Assembly (NCBI GenBank): GCA_002269645.1
Contig: NIVC01001684.1
Coordinates: 1-29,091, forward strand
Direction of reading: 5' to 3'
Length of the DNA stretch: 29,091 nucleotides
DNA from: Macrostomum lignano
Taxonomy: Eukaryota
Part shown: one piece after another, positions 19,456 through 29,091 of the stretch
Position numbering within the stretch: the first letter of the stretch is position 1
How the letters are laid out: every line of letters starts with the position of its first letter
Program-made: the position numbers and the translations under genes
Notes under the pieces: generated by a model
The model's input: the letters and a program-made list of their open reading frames with translations, nothing else
Database searches by the model: none
What the model was told of the DNA's origin: nothing

Positions 19456-22400
19456 CTAAACCCAACTTCCACCTCCTAAACCTAACCTCCAGTGCCCGAA
19501 CGGTAGACTGTTAATATTGTCATCAAAAATGAATCTCTTGTTATCTGCACCTGACAGTCCAATCTTCTTTTGCTGAATTGTGTGAATAATATGGTTTTTA
19601 GATTGTAGCTTTGAGAACTCATGTGATGTCTTTTTGTTGCAATTCAAGGCGTCTCTGTATTCAGCTTCATTAATTTCCTTCCTAACCACACGTTTCGGAA
19701 TTCCCTTTGATTTTTTTATTGGGTCTGACGACTCACATTTTATAAAATAGGACTTTGCTCTCAACCCAATGAATTCAGTGATTATGTCACCAGCAATCTC
19801 GTCCTTCATTTTCCCAATCACTTTCTTGTTAGTAGCGTCAAACACTTGATCACCATTCTGTGTCCTGAAAGATTTATCATACTCAGACAAGTCAAACAAA
19901 TCTTTTTGCTGCAGCATGTCCTGATAAATGTCTTCGGTTTGAATGTCCATAATAAAACTGTCTGTGTCAGTGTACAAGAGTTTCATTTTATCCTTGTACT
20001 GCTGCTTCATGCCATAGAAGAACTGGTACATCAGACGTTTTGATTCATCGAGAACAGTGACACCTGTATAGATCGGCTTGCGCAGCGTCACCTTGGTTTT
20101 GTAAAATATGATCACACCCAAGTAGCTATTAAAGATATGGAGTTCTTTGAATGTTGGCTTTGACATATTTGCCTGAATAACAGCAGGCTCTGATGAGGTA
20201 ACAAGTTTCAGGTTTGTTCTTTTCCGCTCATTTTCAAGAGTCTTGCCATAGACGGAGTTGTTGGCTAACTTAAAGAGGTTCTTGTCAAAGTCGTTGGTTG
20301 CTTTGGTCCTAAACTGGGTGTTCTTATCAATGTAGGGTTTCATCCACGCTTCCTCTGTAAATGTAAGAGCCCTGTGAACTTTGGTGACCCTGCAACCCAG
20401 TGAGATAAAATACTGAAGCAGTTTGTAATGGATTTTGTAACGTGTCTTGTTGTTTAGATTCTGTGTTAGTTTCTCTGTATGTTCTTTTTCTGTTCCTGAC
20501 AGGTGCCAAGTTCCATTATTATCATTGGGAGTTTCGATTATTTTCGGGCACTTAATGTTCTCTGGGAAGGGTGGAAAGTCAGAGAAATAGTCGTGAAGCT
20601 CTGGTGGAATGTAAACATCAACCTCATAAATGGCAGCCAATGAAAAGTCCTGTTTGAATTCTGATGAGGGTAGCCATCGAAAATCTCTAACTGGAAGATC
20701 TTGACTCATCGCCCACCCGTAGAGATTATTAGCGTCCAAGTAAGTAATGTAGTTTGAGGGCTGCTCCTTATTGTAAGATCAATGTAGGGTTGTTTGCTTT
20801 TGCATACCTGTTAACGCAAATTGAGATCCCCCTCGCTTTGACGATTCGACAAAATTGTACATGTCAATGTCTGTAAGAAGTTCAATGTACCAATCTGGAT
20901 CTTGATCCCATTTCATTTTAAGCAAAGATTCCCAGCTAGTGGCAGGGAGAGACACATAATGTGCTGGATCGAGGCCATATGCTGTGTACCAGGTGCATCT
21001 GAAGGTTTCAAACACATCAGCCAGCAGAAACACATCTGTGAAGAGGTAAAGCAGGTGATACTGGAAGAAGTTTTGACAATTAAAGTAATTATAGACATGC
21101 TTCGCGTGCTCATAGTCTTTGTCAGAGATTCCAGAGTCTGTTAGCTTTGAAAAGAACTTCTCCTGTGGTGGTAAACCTTCTTCAAATACGTGATACCCAG
21201 TAATATTTTCATAGGGGTAGAAGCCTTTGGTTCTCAGGAGTTTAAATGATTCATCAGTGTTGTTAATTTTACTTGCAAACATCTTTGTATATGTACATTG
21301 TTCATCTTTTAGATTCTTGCTTAGTTCGTCTAGACTGGCAGCTAGAAATTGATATGAATCCTTCAGTCTTATTTTACCTGTACCCGAATTATCCTGTTTA
21401 ATATCAACACACTTAAACTTCTCCTTGTTCTCTGCGATGCAATCAAGGTGTATGTCTGGAATCATGCCGATTTTTTCAACTATTAAATGCATGTCATAGT
21501 TCTTTGCGTTGTGACAAAATATCGTTAGATCATGAATGTTCGATTTTAGCTTTAGATTACAGGTGTTATGCGCTGCACCTCTAAATTTCCCAGTAAAGTG
21601 GCAGTGGTCCCTAACGGTGGGGTTTTTAATATTAGTGCAAGTTAAATGTTTCCTGCAGATGTGGCAATGAGTTGCTGATAGGAAATTGCTTTCATCCTCC
21701 TCAGTCATCATTATTGGAACAGGTTGAAGGGTGCTAATCACTTTTTGCAACTCTAACATTCTGGCAATAAACTGCTCCACACACTGCTCTCCAAAGAAAT
21801 AATTATACTCAACAAGTCCTTTTGTATTAATAAAGGCATATGCTACTGAATTGGGGATATGTTTTTGAGTTTGAGTTTGTTTTTGAGTTGGAGTTTGTTT
21901 TTGAGTTGGAGTTTGTTTTTGAGTTTCTGGCACGATTGAGCATTCGAAATCAGCATATACAACAAATGGGAGCTTCTCCATCTTGTGATAGTTCTTAAAC
22001 CGGAGATACTTCTCTTCAGCTGAAGGAAGAGAGCAGTTTGTCGGGTGATCCTCGCATGATAATTCATGCTCTGCTAGTTTTTCAAAGCGTTCAGGTCCAC
22101 TGTAATGCTTAAGGCACAAGCGGCAGATGGCAACAGCCTCGTGATGATTATTCAACTGCTTGTGTATGAGTCTTGAAAGATCTTTAATCCAAACATAGTG
22201 AGCCTCCTCTAGTAAATTACCAATCACTAGAAGATCCACTTCAGTCCGCCTTTTCCCCTCGGATCTAAAACGTCTTTGCTACATCTGACCGGTTGAACTT
22301 TCTCAGTTTTCTCACTCCACTCAAAGACTGTGATTCTAATTTTGTTATTAAACACTTCTTCTAGCTTTGGGATCTGAGAGATTGCCAAGCCTCCTTTGTC

Positions 22401-23333
22401 AAACCTGATTCCCTTCTTTTCGCATTCAATGAGATAGTAGTTAAAATAATTTTGATAATTTGAGGTTCTTTCGGGGTGGTGAGGGACACTAAAAAGTGCA
22501 GAAAGAACTGCCCATAGAGCACAGCAATTGTCTTTATTTTTAACATTTATGCAAGCTTTTTTACCGGCTAGCTTATGCGGGAGCTCTATATAAGAGGAGG
22601 CTTTAAGTGGGTCATATTTCATGACCCTGACAGTCGCTCTTTGAATCCCTCCCACGACCCATCCGGAACCTCTGGATGTAAACGCTTCAATTTTCTTATT
22701 GACATCTTGAAGGAAAGGATCCAGTGTGTCTGTTGGGGTGAATGGCTTTGCCTTTGTTGTCATGTAATACTCGAGATGCTCAGTGGGTTTTGCAGGCATA
22801 TAAAACGCAATCTTGAATGATATCTGTAGTTTAAAGGTCTTGCGTGTTTTGAGTGTGTGATCAACAACTGATTGGATGCTGTCTTTATAGTCGTAGATGT
22901 TTGCGGTGGTACCGTTGGTGCCGTTAATTGGGATTGTGTACTCTATGTAATGTTCTGTAAACTTCGTCTGTGCAAAATTAATCTCTTCAGTGGCAAGCTC
23001 CGACTCTTTTAAATGGATTAATTGCTCTAATTTCTCTTGTTCCTGCTTATTTTGTGGGTACTTTGCTTTTTCACCAGTGAGAGTTTCATATTTGTTAACT
23101 AAGTTGCGACTCCTCTCTTGGTGTTCCTTTGCAGAATTTTTTATAGGCGCATACTGGTTTGATTCTAATTGATTGATGATTTCCAACTGTTTTTCATAGC
23201 TTCCCAGGTGACCAGGGTCGGTGTTGAACTTTTGTTTGCATGCTTCTCTTAGTGAATTACTTTTGTCTTGAAATGAGACGCCTTTTGAAAAATATTTGTT
23301 GACTAAATCTCTTGCTGGATTAGCTTTTGGCAT
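19456..23333 (-). CDS. polB: Protein-primed family B DNA polymerase, outer copy, in three ORFs
   Basis: ORFs 22227-23372, 20779-22239 and 19456-20739 carry the same exonuclease and polymerase motifs; near-identical to the inner copy. Confidence 0.96.
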
Positions 23334-23456
23334 TTTTCTCGAAAATATAAAAAAAATTTTGAGGGTGACCACCCTGATAGAAAAGTTGAACTGTTTCTAC
23401 ATCCTATAAGTAGTATTAGGTTTATGAAGCTGGATAAAGTGGGGTTTTAAACCTCA

Positions 23457-23903
23457 TCACATCCGCATTATTGTAAACCCAGCATTGTGCAGTGTCATGA
23501 TGGCTTTGACAATGTCAGACTTGCTTATAGAATTTTCATTCTCACAATCATCACGATCGGGGCAGCCCTCTCCTGCCTTAATTGTTATACCTTTGTCTCT
23601 TGCAATCTTTTGCAATTCCAGCTGGTGGGCTCTATCATTCCCAGCTTTAACAGCAGTTGCTACACCTCCAGCTACACCACCTGCGGCACTTACAGCGCCT
23701 GCAATGATCGGAATAAGAGCTGCTAATGGTAGGATTCCTCCTGACTTTTCATCTGTGATGCTGTGTCTTTGTTCATTACACTGAACTATTTGCTGCGTGG
23801 GATCGATTTTTACTTTGACACCTTTAATTGATATAATACCTGGTTTCTTTGATTCAATGATATTATTGAGTTTATTGAGGGTTCTAGTTTCAATCTTTGT
23901 CAT
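23457..23903 (-). CDS. pX(mu)-like putative virion protein, outer copy
   Basis: Intact 148 aa; differs from 15087-15533 only by a few mostly conservative N-terminal changes. Confidence 0.65.
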   Translation of the reverse strand: MTKIETRTLNKLNNIIESKKPGIISIKGVKVKIDPTQQIVQCNEQRHSITDEKSGGILPLAALIPIIAGAVSAAGGVAGGVATAVKAGNDRAHQLELQKIARDKGITIKAGEGCPDRDDCENENSISKSDIVKAIMTLHNAGFTIMRM

Positions 23904-23919
23904 TTTTTATTTTAATATT

Positions 23920-24957
23920 TTAATTAATTTCTGTGTCAGCTGGTATCACTAGGAGTTCAGCTCTAGTGAATGACCGCGTGGGGGATTTAGGGTTAAAGGC
24001 TTGAGATAAAAAGTAATAGTCACCGGAGTCGGAGGTAAAATGTCTGTCTATTTTATGCACATCAAGGCTGAAGTATGGATCTGTAGCTCTTCTTTTGGTG
24101 TCCTTCTCTAGCTCTCCAGGTAGATATAAAAAGCGTAGAAACTCAGAGTTTGTCAGTATGTATGGTGATTCAACTCCTGGAAGCTTAGGGTAGTTCGAGG
24201 TGTGTTTTGTGTTGTGCGTGTTGTGTGGGGTTGTCGTGTTGTTGTCTGTTCTATGAGATGCCTTAAGTTCGACAGTGTCTTGTTTAATTGCATGGGACGG
24301 TTTCAATCCAGTCATACGTGTGACTTCATTGTTCAGTTGCTCTATAACAGTGGGGAGCCGGTCTGTCCACTTGGTATAGTACTGACCACTTTTTAGTTTC
24401 AGCTCTTCAGCTGTCTGCTTAGTGAATAGTCTCTTGGCTAGAGTTAGATTGAATCTTTCCACAAAAGCCTGGTCTCTGTGGAGCTCAGTTCTGCCATAGC
24501 GAATCTCTGTGTTTTTCTTTTCCATAAGGGATTTCACTGCACCCATGAATTCCTTACCCGGGTCGGTCATAAAGATTTGGGGGTATGTGAGCGGAGAGTT
24601 TTTATAAATATCTTGCAGTGCGCTGGCAACAACCTCTGACTTCTTCGTCTTGAGTGGGCGAGCTTCCTTATATCTGGAGGCAACGTCAATAATTGTAAGA
24701 GCATACTTGTAGCCTGAGTCGTTGGGGAGAAACAAAAGATCTGCTTGGTGCGCTTCATTAGGTTTATAAATACTGAAATGGGGCCTTTCAAATTTTACTG
24801 GTGGGAAATAGACTTGAAAGACAGCCTGCTTAGAGAGCCATTTTTCTACTGTAGCTTTTGGCTCCTTACTCAGCTCCATGAGTTTACTAACGGCATTTTT
24901 GCCTACAAAGAATCCTTTGTCGCTGTAGTAGAGTTTTTTAAGTTTCTGATCTGTCAT
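23920..24957 (-). CDS. Retroviral-type DDE integrase, intact (345 aa)
   Basis: HQADLLFL (D), MTDPGKEF (D), AFVERFN (E); C-terminal SFTRAELL segment. Confidence 0.95.
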   Translation of the reverse strand: MTDQKLKKLYYSDKGFFVGKNAVSKLMELSKEPKATVEKWLSKQAVFQVYFPPVKFERPHFSIYKPNEAHQADLLFLPNDSGYKYALTIIDVASRYKEARPLKTKKSEVVASALQDIYKNSPLTYPQIFMTDPGKEFMGAVKSLMEKKNTEIRYGRTELHRDQAFVERFNLTLAKRLFTKQTAEELKLKSGQYYTKWTDRLPTVIEQLNNEVTRMTGLKPSHAIKQDTVELKASHRTDNNTTTPHNTHNTKHTSNYPKLPGVESPYILTNSEFLRFLYLPGELEKDTKRRATDPYFSLDVHKIDRHFTSDSGDYYFLSQAFNPKSPTRSFTRAELLVIPADTEIN

Positions 24958-24987
24958 TTATTTAAAAAGAAAATTTTAAATAAAATA

Positions 24988-25473
24988 ATGCAGCGCTCTG
25001 GTGGTAAGTTAGATTCACATGGACTGATAGAAAAGCTTCCTCATCCAAACAAAGGCTGGACACTTCCCGGCTATAAATATTGCGGGCCTTTGAATCCACT
25101 TGAAATACAGCTGGATGGAAACAACAACCCAAATCCTGGGCATGAGCCTGTGAATGAGCTAGACTCTGTCTGCATGTGGCATGACGTTAAATATAGAGAT
25201 TTTCCTGAGGAGAAGAATCGTTGGGACAAAGAAATGCTTAAGAGACTAGACAATATAGGGGCTTCAAGCGGATTTCGTGAGTCGATCGCTCGGAAGCTAG
25301 TTAAAGCTGTTATTTTTAGTAAGACAAAACTGGGGTTGGGGGTGTACGCCGAGGGCGGGTGTTTGGGGAGAGAGGGCGAGTGCACGGGGAGAGAGGGCGA
25401 ACGCACGGGAGCAGAGTTTATTTTGTGCGCTCCTAACAATGAATTGGGAAGACTGCTGAAAGAGCTGGGGTAG
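24988..25473 (+). CDS. Parvovirus VP1u-like phospholipase A2 protein, outer copy
   Basis: Same YKYCGP and MWHDVKY motifs; ATG at 24988 in frame with the track ORF. Confidence 0.88.
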   Translation: MQRSGGKLDSHGLIEKLPHPNKGWTLPGYKYCGPLNPLEIQLDGNNNPNPGHEPVNELDSVCMWHDVKYRDFPEEKNRWDKEMLKRLDNIGASSGFRESIARKLVKAVIFSKTKLGLGVYAEGGCLGREGECTGREGERTGAEFILCAPNNELGRLLKELG

Positions 25474-25685
25474 AAAGGGGCGCTTGAATCGGGAAGGGCA
25501 TCAGCAAGTGTGGATTTGAGTAAGTACAGTTTTTTATTCCCTAAAGAGTTGCGCACAAGAGAGATTCTCATTCTCCAGAGAGCTAAGAGCAGAAAATAAA
25601 AAGTCAACCGCTTCGCCGCCATTAGCATGCATGGACTGTGTATGTTTGATTGATATTGATTATTTGCCTAATTGTGAGGCCAGTT

Positions 25686-25738
25686 GGCCCGCCTAGTTGG
25701 CCTCGGCCCGCCGATTTGGCCTCGGAATGTGGCCCGCC
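25686..25738. promoter_or_regulatory. Three GGCCCGCC (GC-box-like) repeats upstream of the outer accessory ORF
   Basis: GGCCCGCC at 25686, 25705 and 25731; the repeat is visible, the function is inferred. Confidence 0.3.
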
Positions 25739-26156
25739 TTGTTGGTCTATACGGTATGAAGATATGGGGGGGGGGTAGAGAGAGGCGTTTGAGTCGGGAA
25801 GGGTTTAACTATTATTCTCAGCCCTGGCCGAACGCAACAGCTGCATTTGAAAAGTTGAGAAGCAGAGAGAGGTTATGTGGTTGATCGACTGCTATTTGCT
25901 TAAGGAGCGTAGCCTTTTAATCGATTTTGCGAATGTACAACTTCCACGCATGCTTTCCTTTCCGCTTTGGCAACCCCAATCAACCAGTCAGTTCATAGCA
26001 CGAAAGACTACCTAGTGTGGAGACGGCTTTCCTTTCCAATTGCCAAAATATTGGCGCGGCGCAGCAACCACTACCACCTCAAACCCTACATGACGGTTTT
26101 TAAGTAAAGGCGGAAGCCAGCCAGCCCTCTTCACTCAATTCCTATTAGAAAACGCA

Positions 26157-26795
26157 ATGGCTGAAAGAATTACAGTTAGAACCGCTCGACTTAACGCATT
26201 TGTGAACGATTTGATTAATTTAACACCTTTAGAGCAGAGAGATGGACTCCAACAATTGTTTGAAAATTTCAAAGAAGAGGAAATACAGCACGATTTGGCT
26301 CGCATGGAAGGACAAACCCAACGCGATATTTCCACCTACGAAGCACGAGTAGCTGCTGTTTTCCAGCGCCTTCGTGCTTCGTATGGAGTCGAAGTTCAAG
26401 CGCCAACAAGGGAGCTATCAGTTATCGAGGAAAGTATGCACGCGTTGAACTTTCGTCATCTACCCACTGTTCTACCCACTGTACAGAACATGCTGGTGGA
26501 ATTATTTCAGCATGAGAATTTTTATGATAAGCGCACATTAATTGTGTCATTTTACATCGGCTCCATCATTCACCGGCTCAAACGTACACTAAAGTCGGTT
26601 CGGAATATAATTCGACGGCTTAATCTACAAGTATCGAGGCAGACTTTGGACAAGAAGTTGAGAGTGTACGACTTATTGACAGAATTTCCGGCCTTACAAC
26701 GCTGCGCCGTACCAGTTAGCTTCGTTCTGGAAAATATGAAGCTCATTCGGGACGAGGTTCGCTACCAGGCGGATGCGGCGATGTGGAGACAGTGA
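26157..26795 (+). CDS. Uncharacterised helical protein (212 aa), outer accessory slot
   Basis: Long intact ORF; distant similarity to 17530-18207. Confidence 0.8.
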   Translation: MAERITVRTARLNAFVNDLINLTPLEQRDGLQQLFENFKEEEIQHDLARMEGQTQRDISTYEARVAAVFQRLRASYGVEVQAPTRELSVIEESMHALNFRHLPTVLPTVQNMLVELFQHENFYDKRTLIVSFYIGSIIHRLKRTLKSVRNIIRRLNLQVSRQTLDKKLRVYDLLTEFPALQRCAVPVSFVLENMKLIRDEVRYQADAAMWRQ

Positions 26796-26814
26796 CGGTT
26801 ACGGGTTATGACTT

Positions 26815-27196
26815 AGCCAATTTTAAATTGAGACGATCGCAATATCAGTCTTGAGTTATTTTTAGTAACAAGTCATTTCCACTCTCTCTTTAGTATAATC
26901 TTATCAACCAATGAGAACGCTTAGAATGGCTACCAGTGGGGCCAGCCAATTTTAAATACGACCGTATTAGCAGTCTTGAGTTATTTTTAGTAACAAGTCA
27001 TTTCCACTCTCTCTTTAGTATAATCTTATCAACCAATGAGAACGCTTAGAATGGCTACCAGTGGGCCAGCCAATTTTAAATTGACACGATCGCAATATCT
27101 ATCTTGAGTTATTTTTAGTAACAAGTCATTTCCACTCTCTCTTTAGTATAATCTTATCAACCAATGAGAACGCTTAGAATGGCTACCAGTGGGGCC
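26815..27196. repeat. Three tandem ~124-129-bp repeats containing CCAAT boxes
   Basis: Units start at 26815, 26944 and 27068; each contains AGCCAAT and AACCAATGAGA. Confidence 0.93.
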
Positions 27197-27224
27197 ATTT
27201 TTAAATGTTAGTACTTTCACACGC

Positions 27225-27841
27225 CTAACGCAATTGCCTAATTATTTCTGCAAAGTTATAGTAGCTGTGACGATGTCGTTAGCATCTTAAATTTTTAGTT
27301 TCTATCTGAGTTTTTATTACTTCAAATTATTGTAGTTGATTAATTTGCAGGTTTCCCAGCTATTAATTCAATGTAATTTATTTAGAAAAAAATGTACTTG
27401 AAGTTTTATTTATTTCAGTCCAAGTTGTTATTACTTTTTTGATAGACATCTTGACAATTTAAATTGTTACCTCGCGCTCGTTTTTTGTACTCTCCTCAAC
27501 TCGGCATTTTGTCTCGTACCATGCGTGTCAACACTACTAATAACTGAACTAGCTAACCAATAAATAAATAACTAATAAATAAACAACTAATAATTAATTA
27601 ATCGCTGACTACATCTCGAACTCGCTACGTCACAGTAGCTGTCGTAATCTTTTACGTAGGTTACTCCATACTTATGAAACCAGTGTCTTTGGAGAGCTAG
27701 ATTAATATTAGGGACATTGATATCAACGTCGGGCCAATATTTTCTCATGTACTCGCTGCATTCTAGTTTGCATCGGTACTTACTCTTGTAATTAGGCTCG
27801 TGCGCTTTGTAATAAGAACCTGGAGAGACAACTGGAAACAT
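27225..27841 (-). pseudogene. Inverted copy of the small ORF 4081-4320, interrupted by a solo-LTR-like insertion
   Basis: First 69 codons match 4081-4320; removing 27266-27634 plus one TSD restores ...DSYYNFAEIIRQLR* (80 aa). Confidence 0.88.
27266..27634. mobile_element. Probable solo LTR (369 bp, TGTGACG...CGTCACA, 5-bp TSD GTAGC)
   Basis: TG...CA ends with a 7-bp terminal inverted repeat; GTAGC at 27261-27265 and 27635-27639; empty site readable in the reverse complement of 4270-4300; AT-rich with AATAAA. Confidence 0.82.
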
Positions 27842-27849
27842 TTTTAGAG

Positions 27850-28370
27850 AAAATTTAATTTTTTTTTCAAAGGGTAAGGACCCTGGGTTAGGGGGTTTAA
27901 AGTTTTAGGGATCTGGTTTCATGTTGCGAATTGAATGTGGGGAGAAGAATGCATATTTTTTTCTGATTGTTTCGAAGATGCTATGGATGGATGTCGGTGT
28001 CAGTGAGCATAACAGGTATCAGTGGACACCTGCTCTGATTCTGTCAGGATAATATGGATGGATTTAGGTGGATTATGTTCGAAGTTTTCGGAGCAAGTGC
28101 GGCCCCTCCCCTTTTTCATGATTCTTTCGGGGATAATATGGATGGATTTAATGGGATTATGGAGGACGTTTTGTGAGCGGGTGCGACCCCCTTTTTTTCT
28201 TATTCTGTCAGGGATAATATGGAAGGATTTAGGTGGATTATGGAGGACGTTTTGTTAGCGAGTGCGACCCCCTTTTTTTCTGATTCTGTCAGGGATAATA
28301 TGGATGGATTTAGGTGGATTATGGAGGAGGTGAAAAATTTTGTCCCAGAAGCCCCCTCATGCCTTCTACT
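27850..28370. repeat. Right terminal inverted repeat of the outer element
   Basis: Distal part nearly identical to 19140-19325; proximal part matches the reverse complement of 4030-4080. CAACAA (28371-28376) is the predicted TSD. Confidence 0.9.
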
Positions 28371-28676
28371 CAACAAAATTCTACAAAAACGTGTTTTGGC
28401 CTTTCATTTTTGTTCTTAAATCTAATAATGAAAAATAATATTTTTCACTCCTCCCATTGCTTTCCTAATTATTGCGCAACTTTTGTTCCTTCGGCCTTTC
28501 TTTTGCTCCGCTTGTTTGCGTGTGACCGACAATAAAGTCGAAATAAAATTTCTATCAAAATAATTTTGATTCCATTCGCTACTGAACGATTTCGGCTGGC
28601 ACTGCGAGAGTGCCTTTAATTGCTGGCTCTGCTCTCTGCTGTCAGCTCGCTGGGGAGTGCAGCGGGAATCAGGATG

Positions 28677-29070
28677 AGGATGGGGATTGGGTGAGGATTG
28701 GGGATGGGGTTGAGGGTTAAGGATGGGGAAGTAGAGTGGGGATGGGAAGTAGATTAGGGATGGGAAGTAGATTGGGTAGGGAAAGGAGATTGGAGATGGG
28801 GACGAGGGTTGGGGATGGGGAAGGATCGGATGGGGAAATAGATTGGGGATGGGGAAATAGATTGGGGATGGGGAAAGGATCGTGATGGGGAAATAGATGA
28901 AATAGATTGAGGATGGGGAAAGGATCGTGATGGGGAAATAGATTGGGGATGGGGAAAGGATCGTGATGGGGAAATAGATTGGGGATGGGGAAAGGATCTG
29001 ATTTGGGAAATCGATTGGGATGGGAAAGGGATCGGATGGGATAAGAATTTGGATGTGAAATGGAGATGGG
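28677..29070. repeat. Purine/G-rich degenerate minisatellite (GGGGATGGGGAAATAGATT / GGGGAAAGGATCGTGAT units) in host flank
   Basis: Directly visible low-complexity repeat outside the element. Confidence 0.85.
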
Positions 29071-29091
29071 ATATTTAAATAGGAAATAATC

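Larger units (their letters stand above)
19326..28370. mobile_element. Outer Polinton element, right part, to its right terminus
   Basis: Continues the protease gene at the TSD, then PolB, pX-like, integrase and PLA2 in the same order as the inner copy; ends GCCCCCTCATGCCTTCTACT at 28370. Confidence 0.94.

Noticed and set aside
25071-25628. Minus-strand ORF with a signal-peptide-like start (and 16700-17071)
   Set aside because: Mostly the antisense shadow of PLA2; the N-termini are not shared between copies.
1-28370. Simple tandem duplication or mis-assembly as the explanation for the repeated gene blocks
   Set aside because: The repeats are permuted around intact termini with an exact TSD, and the copies differ by synonymous changes and distinct variable cassettes, which fits nested integration.

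Overview
Almost the whole window (1-28370) is two closely related Polinton/Maverick (adintovirus-like) endogenous DNA virus elements, one nested inside the other; 28371-29091 is probable host flank. A complete ~15.8 kb element (3567-19325; termini 5'-AGTAG...CTACT-3', ~500 bp imperfect TIRs, 6-bp TSD GAGGAA) has inserted in the same orientation into the adenain-like protease gene of a sister element (visible parts 1-3566 and 19326-28370; its left end lies about 4 kb upstream of the window). The inner element carries the full Polinton gene set: minor and major capsid proteins, packaging ATPase, cysteine protease, protein-primed PolB and retroviral-type integrase. It also encodes a parvovirus-type PLA2, an adenovirus pX-like protein and several uncharacterised ORFs. 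The copies are nearly identical in core genes but differ in two swapped variable blocks. The outer element's right end also carries a 369-bp TG...CA insertion with a 5-bp TSD (probable solo LTR), giving a second insertion into the outer element. Most gene lesions are 1-2 bp indels, often in homopolymers, and may be long-read consensus errors rather than decay. All protein assignments come from motif recognition by eye; no database search was run.
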